A program made the position numbers and the translations under genes. 64,000 nucleotides of DNA from an uncultured Pseudomonadales bacterium. GTDB lineage: Bacteria > Patescibacteriota > Microgenomatia > UBA1400 > UBA12028. How positions within the stretch are numbered: the stretch's first letter is position 1; every line of letters starts with the position of its first letter. Below the pieces are notes generated by a model. The model was not told the DNA's origin. It searched no databases and saw nothing but the letters and a program-made list of their open reading frames with translations. This document shows, piece after piece, positions 45,295 to 54,135 of the stretch. Location of the stretch: the NCBI GenBank assembly GCA_964509365.1, contig CAZDWN010000002.1, forward strand, positions 67,701 to 131,700, given 5' to 3'.

Positions 45295-46186
45295 CGGTCA
45301 TGTGTTTTCGTGCGTTATCCTCAGTGTCTCTATCCATCAGACAGAGAATGTAGGGGCGTTTCGGATAGTACACGATCCCGCAGTCAGTGAAAACAGATTT
45401 TTGAGGATTTCCTTGGTCATACACTCCTATCTTGTGAGCAACTGGTATTTCTTTGGGAATTGGAGCGGCAAGTTTGTCATTAAATGGTGACTTCGTCATA
45501 ATCGATAAAATTTCATCGGAGCTCGATTTATCTAAGTAGGATGAGAGATATAAACTTCGCAAGATCGAAGAATAATTCTTCGGTGAAACTACTGGGAGAA
45601 CACCATCAAGTTCCTTGGGGATGTCCAGATAGTCAAAGACATCTTCGAGTGCGCCGTCTGGGAGGTGAGAATAGATGATGCTTTTAGCCGTATTATCAGA
45701 ATTTATCAGTGTAAGATCGATTGCTTCATGCAAAGTTATTTTTGCACCGGCCCCTCTTTTATACAGGTCACCGAAATGAGAGTCGAGATCGGATTTTTCT
45801 ATTGTGAGAACATCATCTTTATTCCAAGTTCCATTTTCGATTTGACGGTACACAGCCATGACCATAGGAGTCTTGAGTAAACTTGCTAAAAAGTAATTTT
45901 GCTTTTCATTTACACCGGCTGACACGCCTGAAGGTAAATATTCGAAATACAGTCCAAAACCAGGCAAGCTGGAAGCATAGTCTTTCAAATCTTTCCTCAG
46001 TAGAACAAAGTTCAAAATAATATCATTTTTATTTTCAATAAAGATTCGAGGTGAAAGGAAAGAATACGTCATTGCCGGAGGGACGTACTCTGATTCCTGT
46101 GATGGAGAACTAGTCAACACAAAAAAGAGAAGGATTATGTTTACCACTAGACTAGTGCTCAAAATAATTATGAGGATTTTTCGCAT
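45248..46186 (-). CDS. class A beta-lactamase-related serine hydrolase, membrane-anchored
   Basis: SxxK (ASLLKTP), SDN (LINSDNTAK) and KxG-like (HKIGVYD) motifs. Start at MRKILIIILSTSLVV (46186). The longer ORF would overlap the divergent GT2 gene. Confidence 0.5.
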   Translation of the reverse strand: MRKILIIILSTSLVVNIILLFFVLTSSPSQESEYVPPAMTYSFLSPRIFIENKNDIILNFVLLRKDLKDYASSLPGFGLYFEYLPSGVSAGVNEKQNYFLASLLKTPMVMAVYRQIENGTWNKDDVLTIEKSDLDSHFGDLYKRGAGAKITLHEAIDLTLINSDNTAKSIIYSHLPDGALEDVFDYLDIPKELDGVLPVVSPKNYSSILRSLYLSSYLDKSSSDEILSIMTKSPFNDKLAAPIPKEIPVAHKIGVYDQGNPQKSVFTDCGIVYYPKRPYILCLMDRDTEDNARKHMTDVSKLVFTYVSTYQQ

Positions 46187-46219
46187 ATTCCTATGAACTT
46201 CATATTGTATACTTGAGCT

Positions 46220-46984
46220 TTGAAAATGAAAAAGCTCCCTACCGTCTCGATCATCGTACCAGCTCGTGATGAAGCTGGAAATATAGAATCGCTCATCAAA
46301 CGCATCCCTATCCTCGGCGGTCACACGGAACTGGTCTTTGTCGAAGGCTTTTCACAGGACGGGACTTGGGAGATGATCCAACGGGTGAAAAAATCAACCA
46401 AGCTAAAAGGTCTGTCTGTTGTCGCATTCAAGCAAGAAAAGCGCAGAGGCAAAGAAGCGGCCACTCGGCTCGGCTTTGACAAAGCGGCTGGAGCTGTCCT
46501 GATGATCTTGGATGCAGATCTTTCCGTCGAACCGGAGCGTCTCAAACTATTTTATGACGCATTGATACAAACTCCTCATCGGTTTGTGAATGGATCGAGA
46601 TTTATCCATCCCCAAGAGCCATTGGCGATGCGATACTTAAATAATATTGGAAACATTGCCTTTGCGCGTATTTTCAGTCTCATCCTGGGCATGCGAGTGA
46701 CTGATACGCTCTGTGGGACAAAAGTGCTCTGGCGCAAAGATTGGAAAAGATTGAAAGCGGCCGTGGCTCCGTTCGCGCGTCATGATCCGTATGGGGACTT
46801 TGAACTCTTCCTGGGAGCTCATGTGCTTGGTCTCCAGATAGTCGAAGTGCCCGTGGTGTACAAAGCGCGTACATATGGACAGACAAAAATCTCCCGCTTT
46901 CGCGATGGTTTACGTCTGCTCGCGGTACTTGGTTCCTTTTTATTATTTTTAACCCGTCGCCGCCTCTCTTCCCTTTCCCTTTGA
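46220..46984 (+). CDS. GT2-family glycosyltransferase, polyprenol-phosphate mannose/glucose synthase-like
   Basis: VSIIVPARDEAGNIESLI and DxD-type motif VLMILDADLS. Dpm1/Ppm1-like architecture with a C-terminal TM. 254 aa. Confidence 0.7.
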   Translation: MKMKKLPTVSIIVPARDEAGNIESLIKRIPILGGHTELVFVEGFSQDGTWEMIQRVKKSTKLKGLSVVAFKQEKRRGKEAATRLGFDKAAGAVLMILDADLSVEPERLKLFYDALIQTPHRFVNGSRFIHPQEPLAMRYLNNIGNIAFARIFSLILGMRVTDTLCGTKVLWRKDWKRLKAAVAPFARHDPYGDFELFLGAHVLGLQIVEVPVVYKARTYGQTKISRFRDGLRLLAVLGSFLLFLTRRRLSSLSL

Positions 46985-47070
46985 CCTTTCCCCCTTTCCC
47001 TTGCCTCTTTACCCTTCCCCTTTCGCGCTTCTCCCTTACCTCTTTACCCTTTCCCTTTCTCTCTTCTTAT
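46961..47070. repeat. polypyrimidine (CCCTTT-like) low-complexity tract, ~110 bp
   Basis: ...cctctcttccctttccctttgacctttccccctttcccttgcctctttacccttcccctttcgcgcttctcccttacctctttaccctttccctttctctcttctt. Plus strand has almost no purines. Overlaps the GT2 stop and the annotated start of the next ORF. Confidence 0.7.
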
Positions 47071-49283
47071 GTTGTACACTTAATTCTACCGTGTATCTCC
47101 GTCCTTATTGCCGACTCTATCTCGTCTCTATTTGTTTGATAAGTTGCTTCTTCGTTTTTCCTCAGTCGGTCTTTGCGGATACGAGTTGCAGTGCATCGAT
47201 ATCAGTGAGTTCAATTTTTGTGAGTCAGTCACTGTCTCTGACACTACGTGTTGAGAACACTGGGACTAGTCCGCTAGTTTTGGCATATTTATACAAACCC
47301 GGACCAGGGTATGTTCTATCAGGCGCATCAAGTAGCGGATGGGATGCGACTTTGTCGGATGAATCCCGCCTTTCACTTCAAAATGGGTCGATCGCGCCGG
47401 GAGAATCACAAGACTTTTCGATCCAGATCACTGCGGATGCAGAACCAGTAGACCTTGCTTCACTGAATGTCCAAGCCACAGAATTACCTGACGGCAATGG
47501 CTTAATTGATTGTGGCACTCCGACGTTTGCAGTTGTCCAAACCACCGCACCTGTGATATCCAGTATCACGATTTCTGACGTCACTGACTCATCTGCAAAA
47601 ATCAGTTGGGTCACAGATAAAGCCTCAACTGGTGCACTAATGTATGGCACGACAAGTACATATGGGTTGACCAGGTCTGAGAGTGGCACAGGCACCACAC
47701 ACAGTCTCGTGGTCGACGGACTGTCAGCAAACACGACGTATCACGCGAAACTTTCAGGGACTGATAGTGATGGGTTTACTGGGGAAACCGCTGACTTTAT
47801 CTTCGCGACGGCAGCTCCTGGTCTGACGATCACCAATACCGTGACCGTGACGGCGACGACCACCAAGACAGTGACCGTCACAGCACCAGTGGCGACACCG
47901 ATTCCTGACAAGACTCCTCCAAAGATAGTGATCGACACGAAATTTGAGAAGGTCTACGAAAGTGCGCCTGATATTTCTGGGAAAGTAACTGATGCAGGTG
48001 GTCTTGCAATGATTGAGTACTCGATCGACGCTGGCAAAAATTGGTTGCCCATTGAGCAGTCCTTTCTCTCAGGATCAAAATCCGTTGCCTTCTCTTTCTC
48101 ACCGCAAATGGAGATGGACGGTAATTATCAGATGATGTTGCGCTCAAAAGATGTGGCGGGAAATACCAAGAAGACGCCAGTCGTCCCGCTCGTCATCGAT
48201 CGACTCCCTCCTAGACTGGGAGGCTTCGTCTATTCAATTGGGTCTTTCCCACTCGAGCCAGATGGTGATGGGACCATCGCTTCGATTGACGGAGTCCCGC
48301 TCCAGCTTTCATTTGCCGCGGTCGGTGGGCCGACCAACATAGATCTCAAGATTGGCGATAGTGCAGTCCCTCTCCAATACGATCTCGAGAGAAGTTTGTG
48401 GACTGGCAGTTATACGCCAAGAATCACAGGAGATCTGCAAGTCCAGTATGCAGCAGTGGATGGTGCTGGAAATGCGGTGAACGGAAACGTTGAACCCGTA
48501 CACGTCAATGAGCCAGGGACGGTAGAGACGACAGCCTGCCGTTCCAAGGACGCGACTATTTCCGTCTTTGCTTACGATCCTCTCCTTGGGAACTACTCGC
48601 TGTGGAATGCCTCGCAATATGGCGAGCAAAACCCACAGGTGACGGATGATCAACGTCAATATGCGTTTGTCTTACCTTCGGGAAAGTACTATCTGCGTGT
48701 ACAAGCCACTGGGTGCACGACACAAGAGACTGATATCTTCACGGTGAAGAGTCGCGAATTTATCTTCCAAGACTTTGTCTTGCGACCAACGGCCAAGCTT
48801 CAGATTGGTTCTTGGACACTTCCGATGCCTTCATTTTTCACGACACTTATCCCTCACCACTCACAGAAACAACCGCAAGAAAAGAGTACTGATCAATATG
48901 TAGGATCAGCTTTTCCTGATCTTGACGACGTATCGTTCGATGTTGCGACCCTTCGTGGGAAAGCCAGTGTCGTCACAGTCTTGTCGACATGGGTTCCTCA
49001 GACATCTTCGCAAATGCAAGCTTTGGTGCGGGCATCCACTGCTCGGAGGATGAACAGCTTGGTCATTATGGAAGAAGAAAGCGCTTCGAGCGTGAAGGTA
49101 TTCGCCAAGCAAGGAGCATATACCAATCAAGTCATCGCCGATCCTGATGGAATCCTGCTCGCCCCGCTCTCCGTGCACTCCTATCCAACGCATTTTTTCC
49201 TGGACCGTCGAGGCATCATTCGCCGAGTCTATCGAGGATTTTTGAATGATGAGCAAATTGATGAGTACCTTACTGATGAGTAG
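47001..49283 (+). CDS. secreted multidomain protein: Fn3-like domain(s) plus C-terminal thioredoxin-like (TlpA/redoxin-like) domain lacking the CxxC motif
   Basis: ITISDVTDSSAKISWVTDKASTGALMYGTTSTYGL...TTYHAKLSGTDSDG is Fn3-like. C-terminal KASVVTVLSTWVPQTSSQMQAL has a redoxin scaffold with WVPQT in place of WCxxC. The annotated 5' end runs through the polypyrimidine tract, so the true start is probably downstream (signal-like LVSICLISCFFVFPQSVFA, non-ATG start?). Confidence 0.45.
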   Translation: MPLYPSPFALLPYLFTLSLSLFLCCTLNSTVYLRPYCRLYLVSICLISCFFVFPQSVFADTSCSASISVSSIFVSQSLSLTLRVENTGTSPLVLAYLYKPGPGYVLSGASSSGWDATLSDESRLSLQNGSIAPGESQDFSIQITADAEPVDLASLNVQATELPDGNGLIDCGTPTFAVVQTTAPVISSITISDVTDSSAKISWVTDKASTGALMYGTTSTYGLTRSESGTGTTHSLVVDGLSANTTYHAKLSGTDSDGFTGETADFIFATAAPGLTITNTVTVTATTTKTVTVTAPVATPIPDKTPPKIVIDTKFEKVYESAPDISGKVTDAGGLAMIEYSIDAGKNWLPIEQSFLSGSKSVAFSFSPQMEMDGNYQMMLRSKDVAGNTKKTPVVPLVIDRLPPRLGGFVYSIGSFPLEPDGDGTIASIDGVPLQLSFAAVGGPTNIDLKIGDSAVPLQYDLERSLWTGSYTPRITGDLQVQYAAVDGAGNAVNGNVEPVHVNEPGTVETTACRSKDATISVFAYDPLLGNYSLWNASQYGEQNPQVTDDQRQYAFVLPSGKYYLRVQATGCTTQETDIFTVKSREFIFQDFVLRPTAKLQIGSWTLPMPSFFTTLIPHHSQKQPQEKSTDQYVGSAFPDLDDVSFDVATLRGKASVVTVLSTWVPQTSSQMQALVRASTARRMNSLVIMEEESASSVKVFAKQGAYTNQVIADPDGILLAPLSVHSYPTHFFLDRRGIIRRVYRGFLNDEQIDEYLTDE

Positions 49284-49318
49284 TAGCAACTGCTCATCTA
49301 TTCGTCTAGGATGATAGT

Positions 49319-50884
49319 ATGTGGTCGATTTTTGTGCTTCAAAATATTCACTTCGCAGTCCATCTGTGCGTGGCTCTCGTGTGTTTTGCCTGTTTCTGGC
49401 TCTACTTTGATGCCTGGAAGAGCCATAAACGCATGACCGATGGCATTCGAGTGCTTGGGTTTCTCATTTTGGCGATCTCATTTGTGATCGAAGGGACGAT
49501 GATCGAAGGAAATATTGAGAAATTCGGAATACTCGAATTGGTCTTGCGTTCAGTTGGATATCTGGGAGTGTTTGTTGGAATTTGTTGCGAAAATGTCCAA
49601 GATAAGCCAAAGAGTAAGCGAGAAATAGTCAGAGCTATCGCGCCGATCTCTATCCCTACCTATGTATGGTTGGGAGTAATCCCTGTCGTGTTGACAGCGA
49701 TGATCAGTGTCTTTTACGTAAGAAAAGCGATTTTTGGACTAGAGGCACACGTGAAGCCCGTGGCGATCGCTTTTACTCTCTTTTGCCTAGCGCAGTTTCT
49801 CTCACTTGCATGTTTCCTGCAAGCGTCGCCTCAAATTATGCTCTTTACGCTGTTTCATCCGTATGGTGCAGTGTGGAGTGTCGAACTACTATTGTATGGA
49901 ATCGCAGCACTCATCCTTGGGCGATGGGTATTTGGATATCTCCTCAAACAATTTGAGACGCAGCTCTTCATGATCTTGAGTTTGTTAATTGTCGTGATCT
50001 TTTTGGTGACTGCAGTGACATTTACCGGCTTATTACTTGGGAATATCCAAACTGAATCGATGCGTCAACTGATGCATGACGCCAAAGTGCTTCAGTACGC
50101 GCTTGATACCAAGCGCGAGGCAAGCATCGCAGATGCACAAGTGCTGGCGCAAAATCCAGTTGTCCTGTCAGCATCGCAGCAAGCGTCTCGAAGTGGAGAA
50201 CTTACGATCCAAGCAGAGCAATTTTTACTTTCAAAACAGCACTCGTACGTCGTCATTACCGATGCAAATGGACAGATTATCGCCCGAGGTGATGATGCTC
50301 AAAAAATTGGCGATTCCATCTCCAGTGACACGATGTTTCGGCGTGCGAAGGATGGAAATGTGAGCTCGACGATCGTGACCAGTGCGGGCGTCTTGGCCCC
50401 AGTCGTGTCACTTCGAGCTGCGGCTCCAATCATGGCAGACAAAAAAGTCGTCGGTACCGTGATCATCGGGACGGCGATAGACAATGCGTTTGTGGATGGC
50501 ATCCGTACTGCCACTGGACTCGAAGCTTCGGTCTATGGTGATTTCACGGTCAGTGCGACGACACTTGTCGAGAGCGATGGCACGACCAGACTCGTCGGCA
50601 CCAAAGCGGTGGACTCAGCTATCAAAGAGCGGGTGTTGCATCTCGGCGAGACATTCTCAGGATCAACGACGATTGGATCGACCGCGTACTCTGCAGTATT
50701 TGTCCCGCTGGTAGACGTGGACACCAATCCAGTAGGGATGCTCTTTGTCGGGAGGCCACAGGCGGTTGTGATGCAGGCAGCCAGTCATTCCATCGAACTG
50801 ACGTTTATCGCCACGTCAATTTTGGTGATGCTTTCTCTCGTCCCTTCGTATCTCATCGCACGCTCTATTGCAAATCAACTGTAG
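49319..50884 (+). CDS. membrane sensor protein: 6 N-terminal TM helices, extracytoplasmic Cache-like domain, final TM; ends where a HAMP/kinase would start
   Basis: Multi-TM N-terminus. A ~250-aa region between TM helices (VITDANGQIIARGDD...VVGTVIIGTAIDNAFVDGI) resembles a dCache domain. Last TM LTFIATSILVMLSLVPSYLIA is followed by RSIANQL and then a stop. Confidence 0.5.
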   Translation: MWSIFVLQNIHFAVHLCVALVCFACFWLYFDAWKSHKRMTDGIRVLGFLILAISFVIEGTMIEGNIEKFGILELVLRSVGYLGVFVGICCENVQDKPKSKREIVRAIAPISIPTYVWLGVIPVVLTAMISVFYVRKAIFGLEAHVKPVAIAFTLFCLAQFLSLACFLQASPQIMLFTLFHPYGAVWSVELLLYGIAALILGRWVFGYLLKQFETQLFMILSLLIVVIFLVTAVTFTGLLLGNIQTESMRQLMHDAKVLQYALDTKREASIADAQVLAQNPVVLSASQQASRSGELTIQAEQFLLSKQHSYVVITDANGQIIARGDDAQKIGDSISSDTMFRRAKDGNVSSTIVTSAGVLAPVVSLRAAAPIMADKKVVGTVIIGTAIDNAFVDGIRTATGLEASVYGDFTVSATTLVESDGTTRLVGTKAVDSAIKERVLHLGETFSGSTTIGSTAYSAVFVPLVDVDTNPVGMLFVGRPQAVVMQAASHSIELTFIATSILVMLSLVPSYLIARSIANQL

Positions 50885-50888
50885 TTCT

Positions 50889-51992
50889 ATGCACCCACTT
50901 TTATCCAAACTTCTGACGAGTACACCAGCAAATACCAATGATCTGATCAAAGAGCAAATCAAATTGCATGCGTCGATTACTGCCCTCCCTGTCGGATTTG
51001 TCATTGTCGACAGTAGCGAAGGCATCCAGACGATCAACCCTGCCGCTCAGCTGATCATTGGCAGTCTCGTCGTCCCGACGAAGCTCTCACAACTTCCTCG
51101 CGACCTCACAGATATGCTCCGGACACATTGTCAGACCGTCCAGCAAACGCAACGTGTGCATGAGGAAAATGAAGTGACCTATGGAAGTAAATTTCTCAAA
51201 TTGTATTTTGCTCCGATAATCGCGCATGGTACACGTTCTGAGTATCTCGGGACAGTGATCGTCATGGAAGATGTGACCGAAGCAAAAATACTAGAGCGAT
51301 CCAAAGATGAGTTTTTTTCAATTGCGTCCCATGAGCTTCGCACGCCTTTGACGGCGATCCGCGGAAATACGTCGATGATGATGGACATGTACGCCGACAA
51401 ACTGTCGGATCCAGATCTTTCAGAGATGGTGCATGATATTTATGATTCCAGTGTCAGGCTCATTGGCATCGTGAATGATTTCTTAAATATGTCGAGACTC
51501 GAGCAGGGAAAAATCGAGTATAAGAAAGAGTCATTTGATATGGTCGCACTTGCCAAGGAGGTGACGACGGAACTTGTGGGTGCGAAGACACACCCGTCAG
51601 TAAGTCTCGTGGTGAAAGAACCGAGTGTGTCACTTCCAAATGTAGTTGCCGATCGAAATAAGACCAAAGAAATTATTATTAACCTTGTTGGCAATGCGTT
51701 GAAGTGTACGGAGTCAGGATCCATTGAGCTTTCATTTGCAGCCGGCGACCAACGAGTCAAGTTATTCGTCACAGATACAGGTCGCGGGATGAGTCCAGAA
51801 AATCAAACGATTTTATTTCATAAGTTTCAGCAAGCCAGTGACAACATCCTCGTTCGTGATACGAGTAAAGGAACTGGATTGGGTCTGTATATTTCAAAAC
51901 TCATGATCGAAGGTATGGGAGGTAGAATTTGGTTGGAACGGTCTGAAATTGGGAAGGGTTCTACATTTGCAATTGATGAGCCCACAGGGTAA
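50889..51992 (+). CDS. cytoplasmic PAS-domain histidine kinase (HisKA plus HATPase_c), no TM
   Basis: ATG 5 nt after the upstream stop (a TTG at 50868 also gives an ORF). H-box IASHELRTPLTAIRGN. N, G1 and G2 boxes (LVGNALKCT, DTGRGM, GTGLGLYISK). N-terminal PAS-like region. Confidence 0.75.
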   Translation: MHPLLSKLLTSTPANTNDLIKEQIKLHASITALPVGFVIVDSSEGIQTINPAAQLIIGSLVVPTKLSQLPRDLTDMLRTHCQTVQQTQRVHEENEVTYGSKFLKLYFAPIIAHGTRSEYLGTVIVMEDVTEAKILERSKDEFFSIASHELRTPLTAIRGNTSMMMDMYADKLSDPDLSEMVHDIYDSSVRLIGIVNDFLNMSRLEQGKIEYKKESFDMVALAKEVTTELVGAKTHPSVSLVVKEPSVSLPNVVADRNKTKEIIINLVGNALKCTESGSIELSFAAGDQRVKLFVTDTGRGMSPENQTILFHKFQQASDNILVRDTSKGTGLGLYISKLMIEGMGGRIWLERSEIGKGSTFAIDEPTG

Positions 51993-52001
51993 TCTACAAA
52001 T

Positions 52002-52400
52002 ATGGCACGCATACTTATTGTCGAAGACGACCCACTCATGTTACGGATGTATCAAAAGATATTTGCATTTGCAAAATATGAAGTCGATACCGCGGTCAAT
52101 GGTGTGGAAGGCGTCGAAAAAGCACGAAGTTTCAAACCGACCGTCATCGTCATGGACGTGATGATGCCAAAGATGGATGGATTGGCAGCATTGGATAGTA
52201 TCAAAGCTGATCCAAATACAAAACATATTCCGGTCATTATGCTGACCAATCTTGCGAGTGAAAAAGATGCAGAAAATGCTATGCTCAAAGGCGCGATCAA
52301 ATACATCGTCAAGAGTGAGCACGATCCAAAAGAAGTAGAAAGTATGGTGCGCGAGATCATCGCAGCGAGCACCCGTGATGCTGTGCCTTCAGCAGCCTGA
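52002..52400 (+). CDS. single-domain response regulator (receiver only)
   Basis: MARILIVEDDPLMLRMY...VIVMDVMMPKMDG. 132 aa. 9 nt after the kinase stop. Confidence 0.8.
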   Translation: MARILIVEDDPLMLRMYQKIFAFAKYEVDTAVNGVEGVEKARSFKPTVIVMDVMMPKMDGLAALDSIKADPNTKHIPVIMLTNLASEKDAENAMLKGAIKYIVKSEHDPKEVESMVREIIAASTRDAVPSAA

Positions 52401-52435
52401 AACAATCAGTAGTCGTTAGTAGTGAGGATACCAAT

Positions 52436-53173
52436 ATGGAAACTTCAGAAAAAAAACCACGATTTTTGGCCAAGAAACTCGGTAAGGGAGTCCTCGCGCT
52501 TGTAGTCGTCTTGGCTGTCTTGGTGCTTGGTGGTGTACTCACCGTCGTCGCATACAAAGTAAAGCCTTCATTATTTGCACGTTGGATCGGTGCGCCATCG
52601 CAAAATGCTGCAGCCCAAAAAGATGCTCAAAATCTCGTTGATGAGGTCGGCAAGTACATCGATCTGCCTGGTGATGAGACTCCGACGATCGCAACCGTTT
52701 CTGATGCTGAAAAGCTCAAGGGCCAAGCGTTCTTCGCGAAAGCTCAAAATGGCGATAAGGTCATGTTCTATACCAAGGCAAAAAAAGCATTTTTGTATCG
52801 ACCAAGTACCAAGAAGATTATTGATGTCGCCCCGCTTTCCGTCGGTCAAAATCCGACCGATACCGCGTCTGGAAGTGCGACACCACAAGCCACGCCTGCA
52901 CCAGCGAAAGTATCTTTACTCAATGGATCGGCGGTCACAGGTCTGACCACGACTGCAGAGCGCAAACTAAAAACTGTCGCTGGTATCGTCGTGAGTGGCA
53001 AGGGCAATGCCAAGAGTACGACTTATACCAAGACCACGGTCATCAATGTGAAAAATGTCAAAGCTGATTTGGTCGCGAAAGTCGCTACCGCTGTCGGTGG
53101 GACGGTCGACTCGCTCCCTGCGGGTGAGACCGCTCCAGTCGATGCTGATATCGTGGTGATCCTCGCTCCGTAA
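52436..53173 (+). CDS. membrane-anchored protein with a LytR_C (LytR/CpsA/Psr C-terminal) domain
   Basis: N-terminal TM. C-terminal LLNGSAVTGLTTTAERKLKTVAGIVVSGKGNA...VATAVGGTVDSLP...DADIVVIL fits the LytR_C pattern. Confidence 0.45.
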   Translation: METSEKKPRFLAKKLGKGVLALVVVLAVLVLGGVLTVVAYKVKPSLFARWIGAPSQNAAAQKDAQNLVDEVGKYIDLPGDETPTIATVSDAEKLKGQAFFAKAQNGDKVMFYTKAKKAFLYRPSTKKIIDVAPLSVGQNPTDTASGSATPQATPAPAKVSLLNGSAVTGLTTTAERKLKTVAGIVVSGKGNAKSTTYTKTTVINVKNVKADLVAKVATAVGGTVDSLPAGETAPVDADIVVILAP

Positions 53174-53174
53174 A

Positions 53175-53597
53175 CTACTTCAGACTGACGAGAATTGCGC
53201 CGAAGACGACGAATACGATCCCCACCATGCTTCTGGGTGTGATTTTCTCACCCAAAAAAAGCACAGACATGATGGCGATGAAGACGAGGCTGGTGCGATC
53301 AATGACGCTCACTTTTGCGGTCTCACCTGCTTTGAGGGCGGCGAAATAAAAGATCAGTGAGGCTGCTCCTGCGACTGCTGACAAGACGATGTATGCAATC
53401 TCTTTCCCCGATAAATTCGCGATGACCGTAGTGTCAAATTTCTTAAGCCCTATCGTCACTCCGATCATCAGCACTGCCATGATGATCGTGCGCAGTGTGG
53501 TGACCAGAGTCGAATCGACATCTTTGACTCCCATCTTTGCAAAGATCGTGACGAGTGCCGCGGTGAATGATGAGAGGATTGCTAAAGTGAGCCACAT
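53175..53597 (-). CDS. EamA-like (DMT superfamily) 4-TM small transporter
   Basis: 140 aa, four TM helices, EamA-type half-domain sequence (AKMGVKDVDST...VLFLGEKITPRSMVGIVFVVFGAILV). Confidence 0.55.
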   Translation of the reverse strand: MWLTLAILSSFTAALVTIFAKMGVKDVDSTLVTTLRTIIMAVLMIGVTIGLKKFDTTVIANLSGKEIAYIVLSAVAGAASLIFYFAALKAGETAKVSVIDRTSLVFIAIMSVLFLGEKITPRSMVGIVFVVFGAILVSLK

Positions 53598-53604
53598 TCT
53601 TTAG

Positions 53605-54111
53605 TTATACACTTTTTCTTGACTTTAATCTTATTCTGACACTTGGCTCAGTCACGATTTCAAGCTCACCCTGCTCATCCAGAGCGAGCTGAAACTCCCA
53701 CAACGCAGTTGAGAGTACATCAAGATTTGAGAAAGTCGAACATATAAACGTGCTTTTTAAAACAGGATGAAGCTTATTTTCTTTGAGAACAGACCAAATA
53801 TGAGGAAATTTCGTCAGCGGTCGCCTCGATTGACTCTGTTTCTTTAAAAGAATACTCTCGACAATTTGAGAAATATATCGTATGTTCACCTCAGATATTG
53901 GTTCGCTCGCAAACGAAAGGTCACTTCCCAAGAGCAAAGAAACATCCTGTTTGACCGAAGGTTTCAATTCATTCTGGAGTACTGCAATCATTTGTTGTGC
54001 TATAAGAGCCTGTGTCGATTCATCGACGGATCGCAACAACACTGTGAGTTCGTCAGCAAGATCCGAAGCCCTCTCAAAAACTCTAGAGGTGTTTCTCTGA
54101 AATTCTGCCAT
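53605..54111 (-). CDS. hypothetical protein (168 aa)
   Basis: Intact ORF between the EamA and C39-like genes. No motif recognised. Confidence 0.3.
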   Translation of the reverse strand: MAEFQRNTSRVFERASDLADELTVLLRSVDESTQALIAQQMIAVLQNELKPSVKQDVSLLLGSDLSFASEPISEVNIRYISQIVESILLKKQSQSRRPLTKFPHIWSVLKENKLHPVLKSTFICSTFSNLDVLSTALWEFQLALDEQGELEIVTEPSVRIRLKSRKSV

Positions 54112-54135
54112 AGTGCAAGATTATATCAAATGTTA

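Noticed and set aside
46961-47070. Whether the CT-rich tract or the PT-codon repeats could be a CRISPR array
   Set aside because: There is no repeat-spacer periodicity with unique spacers. The units are short degenerate simple-sequence repeats, and no cas genes are present beyond a Cas4-like nuclease domain in an unrelated fusion.
50868-50888. TTG at 50868 as start of the PAS-kinase ORF (17-nt overlap with the sensor ORF)
   Set aside because: The ATG at 50889 follows the upstream stop by 5 nt and gives a cleaner arrangement. The choice does not change the split-kinase observation.
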